From: a virus
Taxonomy: Duplodnaviria; Heunggongvirae; Uroviricota; Caudoviricetes
DNA: 64,000 nt
Direction: 5' to 3' (one strand)
IMG/VR virus record: IMGVR_UViG_3300036828_000767
Location: 53,516-117,515 of that record
In this document: positions 44,226 to 53,067 of the stretch, piece by piece
How the letters are laid out: each line of letters starts with the position of its first letter
Position numbering within the stretch: the first letter of the stretch is position 1
Program-made: the position numbers and the translations under genes
Notes under the pieces: model-generated
Told to the model about the DNA's origin: nothing
The model's database searches: none
Seen by the model: only the letters and a program-made list of their open reading frames with translations

Positions 44226-45088
44226 TGTACGCGCCGCCGCGCCTGGGAGTAATCCCGCACGAGAAGGCGCAGATGCGCGGGCAGATAATCGTCGCCGGTG
44301 TCCTCATCGGCCTCATCGTGTCCGGCTTGTACTTCGGCGTCACCCAGGTCCACTGGACCTTCGGGCAGCTCTGGTCAGGTTTCTGGCTGAAGCACGCCTG
44401 GGACGACACCACCGGCGCCTACCTCAGCCAGCACACCTGGTTCATCAACCCCGCCAACTGGGTCTACTACCGGCACAACGTCCGCAACCTCGGCATCCCA
44501 TCGCTGGCGATCTTCGGCGTCATGTCCATCTTCACCGCCTCGAACTACTCCGGCAAGCAATACCGGGGCTGGAGACTACTCCTGTCCCTGGTGCTGTTTT
44601 TCGCCGTGTTCGTGGTGCTGGTCTGCGCCGGAACCTGGGCCGGACTGTTCTTCATCCACCGGCCCGGACCCGCAGGCTCGTTCTTCACCATGCACGACTA
44701 CATCCTCTGGGTGGTCCTGGGCATCGCCATGTCCCAGATACTGCACCGGCTATTCGGCCCCGTCGGGGCTTCGCTTCAGTCCAAGTGGGTGGAGTTGGCC
44801 GTGGACAACTGGTGGCGCAAAGGCGCTGGGGTCTACCCGGCGTGGGTCCGCAGGAACTACATCGCGCCGGTGACCGCACGCCGCAGGTTCGACGAAGTCG
44901 CCCAGAAGGACTGGATGACCGGCGAGGCCAAGGCGCTCATAAACGCCGGGCCGAACGTCCTGTCCAAGCTGACCTGGTGGGTCGCCGGACTAGTCGTCCC
45001 GTTCGCGCTCGCCCTGGCGGCGCTCGGGGTGGTCGGGCACATCCTCGTCGGTGTGTTCGGCATATCCGTCCCGTACCTGGCACCATAA
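44225..45088 (+). CDS. polytopic membrane protein
   Basis: ATGA coupling; at least six hydrophobic helices; alternative ATG 44273. Confidence 0.5.
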   Translation: MYAPPRLGVIPHEKAQMRGQIIVAGVLIGLIVSGLYFGVTQVHWTFGQLWSGFWLKHAWDDTTGAYLSQHTWFINPANWVYYRHNVRNLGIPSLAIFGVMSIFTASNYSGKQYRGWRLLLSLVLFFAVFVVLVCAGTWAGLFFIHRPGPAGSFFTMHDYILWVVLGIAMSQILHRLFGPVGASLQSKWVELAVDNWWRKGAGVYPAWVRRNYIAPVTARRRFDEVAQKDWMTGEAKALINAGPNVLSKLTWWVAGLVVPFALALAALGVVGHILVGVFGISVPYLAP

Positions 45089-45867
45089 GACCGTCAGTCC
45101 AAGATAGGGACGAAAGCCAATGTCCATACGACTGACCCGTGAGACGTGGGGCAGGGTACCGTTCCCGGCTTGACCCAAAGTCGAAGGTACCTGGCCGGTG
45201 ACCGCTCCGGTCCTGGCGCAAACGACTGGAGCGGACCCTGCCCCACCCACAAGCCCACCTGCGGGCTGACCTGTTTAAATAAGGGCGAGACACTTCAAGC
45301 GGGACCTTCGCGATACGTCGCCCCGCCTGAAGCAACAGCAAGGCCCTGGCCCGCAGGTGTTGAACCGCCGGGCCACGATCGGTTGCCGACGTGGCCCGGC
45401 TTTAGTTCCTCCCATGGCGCTCGGACCGACACTCCGGGGGATGGGAGAGTCAAAGACCTGCCGTAAGACCTCGTACTGGAAGGCGAAAACGGGGCAGCAG
45501 GCAACCCGCTGGGTGGCAAAAATGCGTACTGCGAATAAAAGCCACCCAGGTTGAGGCGGTAAACGCACCAGCCGAGCACTCGTACGCAGAGCATGGTGCG
45601 TGGCGTCGTCGCCTCTTTCACGGTGGCAATGGATGTTGCGAACCCCAATGCGATGCCACCGTTTCCTTGGCAGTAAGCAGCGCCGGCAGTACGATTGCCG
45701 GGGCCGTGACACTGCCCTCCGCGGGTGGTGGTTCCGTAGTCGCCTGATCCAGGGCTGGACGGACCTAGTACCGCGTAGCCTGATCCTGGGCACACGGAAC
45801 CACCACCGAACGGGGACTAGGTCAGTCCAGTAGCCTGACGTTTAAGCCACCATGAGAACGGCGACCT
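45089..45867. other. ~780-bp noncoding, dyad-rich region (candidate structured RNA / regulatory / recombination site)
   Basis: No ORF with gene-like GC3; ggggcagggt...accctgcccc 10-bp long-range pairing enclosing smaller hairpins; 14-bp inverted repeat ggtggtggttccgt / acggaaccaccacc enclosing direct repeats gcctgatccagggc / gcctgatcctgggc. Confidence 0.45.
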
Positions 45868-46197
45868 ATGTCCCAGCGACTCAAAACAACACAAAGGGGA
45901 TACGGGCGGCAGCACCAGCAGGAGCGCCTCCGATGGAAGCCCATCGTTGAGGCAGGGCACGGTGTCTGCTGCGAAGATATCTGCCTGAAGGCCACCCGGT
46001 GGATACGCCCGGGGGAGCCCTGGGACCTGGCTCATACCGATGACGGCACCCGTTTCAAGGGCGTGGCTCACCGGGCGTGCAACAGAGGTGACGGTGGGCG
46101 GCGTTCGTGGGGCCGTGGTGTAGCTGCGAGGCGTACGGGTAGAACCCCAGAGCCTGAGAGTCAGGCCCGGCGCTGGCGTCCCAGCAGACAATGGTGA
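45868..46197 (+). CDS. HNH endonuclease
   Basis: GYGRQHQQERLRW..G.GVCCEDICL....W......WDLAHTDD.....AHRACN. Confidence 0.5.
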   Translation: MSQRLKTTQRGYGRQHQQERLRWKPIVEAGHGVCCEDICLKATRWIRPGEPWDLAHTDDGTRFKGVAHRACNRGDGGRRSWGRGVAARRTGRTPEPESQARRWRPSRQW

Positions 46198-46215
46198 CGT
46201 GGTAGATTTGCCCAC

Positions 46216-46734
46216 ATGGAGATTCCTCTTCATGGAGCCTTCGCGGCCGGGCGTGTAGCACTTATAGATGAGAACGATTATGCGATTGTTGCCAACTATC
46301 GCTGGTACCTGCACCCAAATCCCGCCGCACCCGACAATCCCGATAAGGGATACGCGCGGGCAAGTATCTGGCGTTCCGCAGAACGCAAGGTCGGTCACGT
46401 GTTCATGCACGCGCTGATCGCCGGACCACGGCCTGACCACGCCAACGGCAACAGTCTCGACAATCGGCGGACCAACCTGCGACCTGCAACACGAAGCCAG
46501 AACGCGGCTAATTGTCCCAGCGTCGGCGGCTCATCTCGTTACAAGGGAGTCTCCTGGCACAAGCGACGTAAGGGACACGGCGGTCATCGTGACGCCTGGG
46601 TGGCATACATCAAGGTGAACGGACGACAACGTGAACTTGGCCACTTCGATGACGAAGTGCAGGCCGCCCGGGTGTACGATGCCGCTGCCCGGGAAGCATG
46701 GGGAGAGTACGCCAGACTTAACTTCCCCGAGTGA
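46216..46734 (+). CDS. HNH endonuclease with AP2-like DNA-binding domain
   Basis: HALIAG...ANGNSLDNRRTNLR (HNH) then YKGVSWHK..G..DAWVAYIKVNGRQRELGHFDDEVQAARVYDAAA (AP2-like). Confidence 0.55.
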   Translation: MEIPLHGAFAAGRVALIDENDYAIVANYRWYLHPNPAAPDNPDKGYARASIWRSAERKVGHVFMHALIAGPRPDHANGNSLDNRRTNLRPATRSQNAANCPSVGGSSRYKGVSWHKRRKGHGGHRDAWVAYIKVNGRQRELGHFDDEVQAARVYDAAAREAWGEYARLNFPE

Positions 46735-46744
46735 GGAGACTCCG

Positions 46745-46897
46745 GTGAGTTTGCCCTGGAAGTGGATTCTCATAGTCGTCGGCATCGGCATGGTTTTCGT
46801 TGCCGCGCTGGCCACGGTGGTGACGGGATTCACGGTGCCTGACTGGGTGTTCCCGTTCGGCGCGCTTGCTGCTCTGGTTGGACTGGCGATCCCATGA
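46745..46897 (+). CDS. small membrane protein (50 aa)
   Basis: GTG after RBS tgaggagac. Confidence 0.35.
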   Translation: MSLPWKWILIVVGIGMVFVAALATVVTGFTVPDWVFPFGALAALVGLAIP

Positions 46898-47049
46898 TTA
46901 TCCTTGGCTTGATTCTGATAATTCTCAGCGCCATCGTCCCGAAGCTGGCAGTCCTGTTCACCATCGGCGTCATCTTGCTGGTGATCGGCGTCATCTTGCT
47001 GATCCTGGGTTTCGCGCACCCGGTGGGGCCGCGGCGCTGGTACTACTGA
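46894..47049 (+). CDS. small membrane protein (51 aa) with AT-rich codons
   Basis: ATGA coupling; att/ata/ctt codons contrast with the surrounding GC3-rich genes. Confidence 0.35.
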   Translation: MIILGLILIILSAIVPKLAVLFTIGVILLVIGVILLILGFAHPVGPRRWYY

Positions 47050-47060
47050 CCAGCCCCCAG

Positions 47061-47073
47061 GGTGGTATACTAG
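47061..47073 (+). promoter_or_regulatory. extended -10 promoter-like motif ggtggTATACTag, leaderless (ATG 7 nt downstream)
   Basis: Same arrangement as at 1616. Confidence 0.45.
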
Positions 47074-47077
47074 GTGG

Positions 47078-47374
47078 ATGACCGACCACCAACTGCCCTC
47101 CTACATTTTCGAAAGCCTGCCCACCTCGGACATCCGCCGCGTCCTCGGCGTCCGCGACAGCGAACCGCTCCTGTTTTGCCACAAGCACGGCATCTGGTCC
47201 CCCGGTCCCTGCCCCGGCTGTCAGACCCCTTGGCCAGAATCTCCTCAGGGCCTCCCGTGCGGTGACTGCGTGCGGTGCTTCCACGGCAACTCGTGCAAGC
47301 ACGCATGCGAGGCCCCAATCTGCCATCCCGAGCAAGATTGCCTGCCCGAGGCAGGAAAGGGGCACCATGTCTGA
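47078..47374 (+). CDS. Cys-rich small protein
   Basis: Many Cys/His; ORF-track ORF. Confidence 0.45.
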   Translation: MTDHQLPSYIFESLPTSDIRRVLGVRDSEPLLFCHKHGIWSPGPCPGCQTPWPESPQGLPCGDCVRCFHGNSCKHACEAPICHPEQDCLPEAGKGHHV

Positions 47375-48110
47375 CCTGGCCAAGGCCCTGGTGAAGTTCC
47401 AGCTTGACCTTCCGAACATCGCCAAAGACCTCACCGCCGACGCCGGCAACCGGGGCACCTACCAGTACGCCGGTCTCGACACAGTGTCGGCGAAGATACT
47501 CCCCCGCCTCGCAGCGTGCGGGCTGGCCTTCTCCGCTGTCACACGGTACGACGAGGAAGGCAAGTTCCTCCTCGAATACGCCCTGCTGCACGAAAGCGGC
47601 CAGTTCCGGCAAGGAGTGTTCCCGTTGCCGGTGACAGCGAACCCGCAGCAGATGGGCTCTTGGATAACTTACGCCCGGCGGTACAGCCTCCTCATGGTCA
47701 CCGGCGTGCACCCTGGCGGCGAAGACGACGATGCCGCGGCCACTCTTTCCCTGGACACGACCACCCCGACCGGCAACTTTCGCGGAAGTCATGGCGTGGC
47801 ACGACAACCAGATGCGCCTGCACGCCCGGCTCCGGTTGCTGACCGGGTGATCGAGGAACCGGAAACGGGGCATGTGAACGAGAAGGCGCAGGTGCTGGCC
47901 AGCCTCGCACATGAGCTGAACAAGCAAGGCTGCGACGTGGGTGAGCTGAAGACCCAGGTGTACGACATAGCCAAGGCCGAGAGCCTCTTGAAGGGCCTGG
48001 TGATCAACCCGTTCACCGGCACAATGGTGCAGTTGTCCACGGTGATAACCCAGGCCCGTAAGGAAGCCGAGGCTCGCGTCATCATCGCCGAAGGTGACCC
48101 CGAGCAATGA
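47367..48110 (+). CDS. erf: ERF-family single-strand annealing protein
   Basis: GTYQYAGLDTVSAKILPRLAACGLAF matches the ERF core (Y.YA.L..V...L...GL); RBS gaaaggggcacc. Confidence 0.55.
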   Translation: MSDLAKALVKFQLDLPNIAKDLTADAGNRGTYQYAGLDTVSAKILPRLAACGLAFSAVTRYDEEGKFLLEYALLHESGQFRQGVFPLPVTANPQQMGSWITYARRYSLLMVTGVHPGGEDDDAAATLSLDTTTPTGNFRGSHGVARQPDAPARPAPVADRVIEEPETGHVNEKAQVLASLAHELNKQGCDVGELKTQVYDIAKAESLLKGLVINPFTGTMVQLSTVITQARKEAEARVIIAEGDPEQ

Positions 48111-48394
48111 CCAGGCGCATGTACCGGTACGAGGTGCCAGTGGATGACGCCAGTCACGTCTTCTACTTGTCCAGCCCGCCGATGGCCGCAGCGACCACCG
48201 TGCCCGGTTTCGTGAGCTACGTGGTCGAGTTCTGGGCTGAGCACGAGGACCATGCCACGGCCACCCACCACGTCTATCAGGTGTTCGGCACCGGGCACGA
48301 GCTTCCCCCCAACGCCAGGTGGGCTGCTACCTGTCCGCGCACCGACAGTGGCTTGGTGTTCCACCTTTACGAACTGCTCGGCAACGAACAGTGA
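48107..48394 (+). CDS. hypothetical protein
   Basis: ATGA coupling. Confidence 0.45.
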   Translation: MTRRMYRYEVPVDDASHVFYLSSPPMAAATTVPGFVSYVVEFWAEHEDHATATHHVYQVFGTGHELPPNARWAATCPRTDSGLVFHLYELLGNEQ

Positions 48395-48576
48395 CTGCCT
48401 GGGTGGTCAGGTACTGGGCCAGGTGGAAGTGGACCACCAGCGCCTGTCTGTTCGTCGTCGCCCTAAGCGTCTTTTCCTTCTTCGTGCTAGGCATGCCCTG
48501 GTACCGGGCCATGGTTCCCGTCGTCATAGTGCTGGTTGTGATTGGTGACGGGCTGTGGGAACGGTGGCGCAGGTGA
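48391..48576 (+). CDS. small membrane protein
   Basis: GTGA coupling; two TM helices. Confidence 0.35.
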   Translation: MTAWVVRYWARWKWTTSACLFVVALSVFSFFVLGMPWYRAMVPVVIVLVVIGDGLWERWRR

Positions 48577-48833
48577 ACGTCGGCGAGTGGTTCCGTATCC
48601 TGTCCGGTGAACACCAGGGCCGCTGGCACATGGTCGGGTGGATGGGCCACGCGGTCAAGACTGAATCGTTGGGAGTGAACCACACGGGCTGGCTCGGGTT
48701 TGCCATTTGTCCCCGCTGTCATGCCATGGTGATCACCGAGACCCGGGTCTTCGACAACCCTTACGGCGACCAGCGGTGGGCGCATGAGGACTGGCACGCA
48801 GCCACCGACTACCCGCACCCGGACACACCGTGA
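48573..48833 (+). CDS. hypothetical protein
   Basis: GTGA coupling. Confidence 0.35.
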   Translation: MNVGEWFRILSGEHQGRWHMVGWMGHAVKTESLGVNHTGWLGFAICPRCHAMVITETRVFDNPYGDQRWAHEDWHAATDYPHPDTP

Positions 48834-49813
48834 CCTACCTCGATGATGTTGTCGGGCAGGCCCGCGCCTGGGATAACGCCCGCACCAGAAGCCAGCAGCA
48901 AGAAGTTGGCTGGTCCGGTCTGCATCATTGCCGCGCCTGGATGGGGTTCATCATGGCCCGGGAATGGGCCACCGAGGACACCGACACGTGGCGGGCCATC
49001 GCCGGCACCGCGCTGCACGAATGGCTCCAGGCGGTCCGTTACAAGGCCGCACCGAGGGACCACATCATCGTCTTCGAGGAAGAAGTCGAGTACGGCGGCA
49101 TCCCGGGGCACGTGGACGAGGTGAACTACACCCTCGGCGAAATCACCGACTACAAGTTTCCAAGCCTGAAGTCGGCACGGATGTGGCGTGACCCTGAGGT
49201 TCAGGAGGAACGCCTCACCCAGCCGCAAGGGTACGCGGCGGCGATCGTCGGCACCCACCAGTGGCGTGCCCACGCACCTGACCCTGACCACGCCACGGTG
49301 CGGTTGCTTATCTGCCCGGTGGACGGCACCTTTGACGACTGGTTCACCATCGAACGACCTTTCGACAGGTCCGTCGCCGACGGTGCGCTCCTGCGGTACC
49401 ACGAAGTTGAGGACATGCAGGCACGTGGTGAGCCGCTGCCGAAAGACATGCCGTTCCACTTCTGCGAACGGTTCTGCGAGTTCTTCACCGCATGCCGCGG
49501 CGACGAGAAAGAACCAACCGCCCTGCCAGAGATCACCGACGCGTTCATCGCCGCGGCCATCGAACGGTACGGGAGGGCAAGCGAAGCTATCCACGCCGGG
49601 TACAAGGTGCGTGACGAGCTGCGGCCGGTCCTGGAAGGGTTGCGTGGCCGCGCCAGAGGGTTCAAGGTGTTCATGTCACGGCCGAAGGCACGTGACAAGT
49701 GGGTCATCGACGAGGACGCCGTCAGGGAGGTGTTCGCGGCCCGTGGCCTGGAAATGCCAATGAAGCAAGCCGATGGCAAGAAGCCGTCGCTTTACGTGAT
49801 GCGTGAAAAGTGA
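48830..49813 (+). CDS. Cas4/RecB-like PD-(D/E)XK exonuclease with Cys cluster
   Basis: HVDEV...EITDYKF (D..E.K) plus HHCRAW near N-terminus and FCERFCEFFTAC near C-terminus (4-Cys cluster); usual partner of ERF. Confidence 0.55.
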   Translation: MTYLDDVVGQARAWDNARTRSQQQEVGWSGLHHCRAWMGFIMAREWATEDTDTWRAIAGTALHEWLQAVRYKAAPRDHIIVFEEEVEYGGIPGHVDEVNYTLGEITDYKFPSLKSARMWRDPEVQEERLTQPQGYAAAIVGTHQWRAHAPDPDHATVRLLICPVDGTFDDWFTIERPFDRSVADGALLRYHEVEDMQARGEPLPKDMPFHFCERFCEFFTACRGDEKEPTALPEITDAFIAAAIERYGRASEAIHAGYKVRDELRPVLEGLRGRARGFKVFMSRPKARDKWVIDEDAVREVFAARGLEMPMKQADGKKPSLYVMREK

Positions 49814-49899
49814 TTACCTTTACCGTTCTTGCCGCCCTTGTCTCCGTAGCCGTAATTGCCGGCGTCATCGCCGCCATAGCCATTGAGGGGCATCTATGA
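49810..49899 (+). CDS. 29-aa hydrophobic peptide
   Basis: GTGA / ATGA coupling. Confidence 0.25.
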   Translation: MITFTVLAALVSVAVIAGVIAAIAIEGHL

Positions 49900-50153
49900 G
49901 ACCTGATGCTAATGACAGGCGATTCGTCTGGCTGCAAAGCTCCCTCCTGCGGCTCTACAACGAGGTGGAGCCAGACGCGCACGTCACAGCCGTGGCGATA
50001 GAAGTCTTTACGGCTGAAGGCACCAGGTTGCATTACACCGCTGGCATTGACAGGCCAGATATTGGCCGGTCAATGCTCACGCCGGAGGCTGAGGCTATTT
50101 CCCGCGAGTTCGTGGCGGCAACAGTGGACCTCACACCGGAACCGGCGCCGTGA
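49896..50153 (+). CDS. hypothetical protein
   Basis: ATGA coupling. Confidence 0.45.
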   Translation: MRPDANDRRFVWLQSSLLRLYNEVEPDAHVTAVAIEVFTAEGTRLHYTAGIDRPDIGRSMLTPEAEAISREFVAATVDLTPEPAP

Positions 50154-50362
50154 ACGAATCGTACGTTTGCCTGTGCTGCGGGAAAGAGGCGAATAGTGAA
50201 CGCGACTTCATCCTCGGGCGCAGGCCGGGCACAGGCTGCTGCTGGAAATGCATCCTCGGCAACCCTGAATGTGAAGCATGCGTGGCAGAAGGACTTCCCG
50301 ACAACATGGCTGTACGTGACATATCCGAGGAGGGGGCCATGTTTCGCCCTGATATGCGGTGA
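50150..50362 (+). CDS. Cys-rich small protein
   Basis: GTGA coupling; CLCCGK, CCWKC, CEAC. Confidence 0.45.
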   Translation: MNESYVCLCCGKEANSERDFILGRRPGTGCCWKCILGNPECEACVAEGLPDNMAVRDISEEGAMFRPDMR

Positions 50363-50424
50363 CGGTGTCATAACGGCCACTCCGCCTATCGCACGGTGGT
50401 GTCGCGGTGAGGCAACGGCGAAGG

Positions 50425-50435
50425 TTGTATACTAC
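50425..50435 (+). promoter_or_regulatory. promoter-like motif ttgTATACTac
   Basis: Family variant 40 nt upstream of GTG 50474 with RBS gtggagg. Confidence 0.35.
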
Positions 50436-50473
50436 TATCGCCGCCGTGGTGCCAAAGTGGAGGAACAGGTTTC

Positions 50474-50872
50474 GTGACCCTTGCCGAGATACGGGCCGCC
50501 GTACTTGAACGAGACGGCTACCAGTGTGCCCGTTGCGGCAGGCCCTGCGTTTACGACCACTCCATCCACCACCGCATTCTCGGCAACCGCAAAGACATGC
50601 GAGCCTCCAACCTGGTCACCCTGTGTGGCAGTGGGACAACGGGCTGCCATGGCTGGGTTCATGCCCATCCCACCCTTGCGCAAGACGACGGCTACATCGT
50701 TTCGAAGTTCCACAAGGCACAAGACACGCCTGACATTCCGGTGGTGTACGGCGCTGCGAACGGCCGGATAGCCGGCTGGTACGCGCTCGCCGACAACATG
50801 ACCGTCCAAGCCTGGGGCGAGTCCTTCAAACTCGAAGCCGAGGAGGGCAGCCGTGCGGCACGGAACACCTAG
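50474..50872 (+). CDS. HNH endonuclease
   Basis: RDGYQCARCGRP...HHRILG.....N...LCGSGTTGCHGWVH. Confidence 0.55.
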   Translation: MTLAEIRAAVLERDGYQCARCGRPCVYDHSIHHRILGNRKDMRASNLVTLCGSGTTGCHGWVHAHPTLAQDDGYIVSKFHKAQDTPDIPVVYGAANGRIAGWYALADNMTVQAWGESFKLEAEEGSRAARNT

Positions 50873-51128
50873 CGCCTACAACCACGGCTGCCACTGCGAC
50901 GAATGCCGGGAAGCGAACCGGGTCCGATGCCTCGACCAGCGTGAACGGCTCAGGCAACGGACCATCCAAGGCGACCCCGCGGTGCCACACGGGACCACCG
51001 GCGGGTACAAAAACTGGGGCTGTCACTGCGTCGAGTGCACCATCGCCAACACCATCTCCAGCCGCGAGTACTACAACGCCTGGAAAACCCTCCCCGAACC
51101 TGTGGCCTTCTTCGTCCGAGGGGCGTAG
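50853..51128 (+). CDS. hypothetical protein with duplicated Y..GCHC.EC..AN motif
   Basis: GTG start overlapping upstream gene by 20 nt; the two internal motif copies suggest a zinc-binding repeat. Confidence 0.4.
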   Translation: MRHGTPSAYNHGCHCDECREANRVRCLDQRERLRQRTIQGDPAVPHGTTGGYKNWGCHCVECTIANTISSREYYNAWKTLPEPVAFFVRGA

Positions 51129-51176
51129 GCTTCGTGGCACCGCGTCATCTCAGGGTGGCGCGGACACACTTCCAGA

Positions 51177-51217
51177 CAAAAAAAGAGGACCGGCTGTCCG
51201 TGAAGAACAACCGGTCC
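51177..51217 (-). terminator. minus-strand-oriented intrinsic terminator-like hairpin (aggaccgg / ccggtcct with T8 on minus strand)
   Basis: On the + strand the A-run precedes the hairpin; no minus-strand gene found, so possibly bidirectional or vestigial. Confidence 0.3.
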
Positions 51218-51268
51218 TCGAAGCCCTGATGCTGTCCAGGCCGACGGGCTTTTACCTAGCAGATAGCA

Positions 51269-51280
51269 GGTAGTATGCTA
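51269..51280 (+). promoter_or_regulatory. degenerate promoter-like motif ggtagTATGCTa (overlaps the ATG of the next ORF)
   Basis: Resembles caggtagTATACTgg at 23744; conflicts with start 51275. Confidence 0.25.
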
Positions 51281-51643
51281 CCCGATCCCAGCCAGGTTGA
51301 ACAGCTCATAGGGCTGTCCAACGAGCGGGACTTGTGGGAAACCCTCACCGACCAGGCATTTCGCCGCGGGTTTTTTGCCGGCCGGCAAGCAGGATTTGAC
51401 CGGGGCTATGCCCAGTGCCTGGCCGATGAAGCTCGCCTGCACCGTGCCATCTTCCACCCGATGGCCCATCCTGGGGCATACGCGTCGCAACGGCTCATGA
51501 ACACCCTCGCCGGATGCAAACGCGAAGCTGACGAACATGAACGCAACTTCGCCGCACGCGCCTGGGCCACCCCCCGCCGCCTCCGCACCCCCGTGCAGCA
51601 AGCCACCGTCCACGCCTACCCACCTCCGGTGAGGGGACCGTGA
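51275..51643 (+). CDS. hypothetical protein
   Basis: ORF-track ORF; start codon lies inside promoter-like motif, so the true start is uncertain. Confidence 0.35.
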   Translation: MLPDPSQVEQLIGLSNERDLWETLTDQAFRRGFFAGRQAGFDRGYAQCLADEARLHRAIFHPMAHPGAYASQRLMNTLAGCKREADEHERNFAARAWATPRRLRTPVQQATVHAYPPPVRGP

Positions 51644-51843
51644 ACACCACCCGCGGAACGGTACCCGGCGAAGTCCGGGCAGGCCGGCGGTGGGCGGTCA
51701 GCAAACTGGCGAAGTCCCCGGGCACAGATTCGTTAGAGCGGTGCGAACTGCCCAAAAAGAGGATGAGCCTTCAGGCGGTGGAGCGCGGAGCGCGACCCCG
51801 CCGGAGGCGCTGGTCGTTAACCGGCGCAGGTAACGGTGGTTAG
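51640..51843 (+). CDS. hypothetical protein (67 aa)
   Basis: GTGA coupling; moderate GC3; the 51644-52223 region otherwise looks weakly coding. Confidence 0.2.
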   Translation: MNTTRGTVPGEVRAGRRWAVSKLAKSPGTDSLERCELPKKRMSLQAVERGARPRRRRWSLTGAGNGG

Positions 51844-52158
51844 TTCCTTCGGGCAAGAGCGGCACCGAGGACAGGGTGGTTAACCCTGGTCTCGGGCTTA
51901 ACTGGAAGGCAGGGAAAATTGCCTTACGCGGGTATGAGTGCGAACCGGATTGCGTTGGTGGTGGGGTTGCCGCAGTGGGGCGGCGGGATTCACCGGGAGG
52001 AGCTGGAGCGACTAATGGGGGTGACGGCGGTGAACCGGAAGGTGTTCACGTCGTGTCTGATGGCGGCGTATAGCCGGCGGCTGGTTTGTTTTTGTGGTCC
52101 GTTTGTGTGCGCCGTTCCGCCCGCGGAGACTTGACCGATTTGTACCGGTGACAGGGTA

Positions 52159-52171
52159 GGTGGTATACTAG
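52159..52171 (+). promoter_or_regulatory. extended -10 promoter-like motif ggtggTATACTag
   Basis: About 53 nt upstream of ATG 52224 with RBS gaaaggagtacc. Confidence 0.45.
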
Positions 52172-52223
52172 AGGGAGAGCGGAGACCACTCCGCAGGCTT
52201 CCCCACCGAAAGGAGTACCTGGT

Positions 52224-52850
52224 ATGCCAATCTTCGCAGCGCCGAGGGAGAGCGTTCTCCCGAACCCTCCTCACCTGCGCGTCGAGGTTGACCAGGCCGT
52301 CATCGACAAGGCATGTATCGCTGACTCATCGCACTGCATGATCGCCGACGCTGTTCGCAAGGCCTACCCGTGGGCGCGGAACATCACCGTGGACATCCAG
52401 ACCATCCGCCTGTCCGACCCCGAGCGGGGTGTCCGGCTCACCTACCTGACCCCCCGCCAGGCGCAGCTCGCCCTGCTCGACTTCGACGCCGGCGAGAAGG
52501 CTGAGCCGTTCAGCTTCGCCCTTCCCCGCCGGTCCGGGCACGTGCAGTGGATGCGCCGTCCCCAGGGCGACGAGAAGCGGGTCATCAACGAGTCCCAGCG
52601 TGAGGCTGTCCGCGGCAACTTGGAGAAGGCCCGCAGGTACAACCCGAAGGCGCTGCACGTCGAGCCGAACGGCGACCACGAAGTGGTCACCTCCAAGGGC
52701 GGCCAGACCCCGCCCCTCGGTGCTCTCGCTTCCGGCGCCACTGGCCGCAGGCGGAACCCGCGTGACGGCAGTGTCCCCACCGCCCGGCGGCGTACCTACG
52801 GCCTGCGCGGCATGGACGCCGCTTTCAGGCGCCAGGTCGCACCCGAGTAG
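52224..52850 (+). CDS. conserved protein, paralog of 4108..4767
   Basis: SSHCMIADAVRKAYPWARNITVDIQTIRLSDPERGVRLTYLTPRQAQLALLDFD shared with first copy. Confidence 0.55.
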   Translation: MPIFAAPRESVLPNPPHLRVEVDQAVIDKACIADSSHCMIADAVRKAYPWARNITVDIQTIRLSDPERGVRLTYLTPRQAQLALLDFDAGEKAEPFSFALPRRSGHVQWMRRPQGDEKRVINESQREAVRGNLEKARRYNPKALHVEPNGDHEVVTSKGGQTPPLGALASGATGRRRNPRDGSVPTARRRTYGLRGMDAAFRRQVAPE

Positions 52851-53066
52851 GTGCCCCAAGACCACACCGGGCGGGCGGCTGCGGGATCGGCTTCCCGCCC
52901 GGTGTGCCCGGCTTGCGGTCAGCCGCTGAAATCCCCCCGCGTGCTGTGCGCCTGCGGGCATCCGAAAACAAGCCACGAAATCACCCCGTCCGGCAAGCTG
53001 ACCTGGTGCGCGCATTACAGCCCCGGTGGCCGTTGCTTGTGCCTGGTGTTCACCGAAAGGAACTGA
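52851..53066 (+). CDS. zinc-ribbon-like small protein
   Basis: GTG right after stop; CPACG...CACGH...C.C. Confidence 0.4.
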   Translation: MPQDHTGRAAAGSASRPVCPACGQPLKSPRVLCACGHPKTSHEITPSGKLTWCAHYSPGGRCLCLVFTERN

Positions 53067-53067
53067 A

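Noticed and set aside
45130-45245. tmRNA (GGGGCAGGG...CCCTGCCCCACC resembles a tRNA-like acceptor closure)
   Set aside because: No T-arm precedes the 3' strand. No tag-peptide reading frame ending in a hydrophobic stretch + stop could be found. CCA is not correctly placed.
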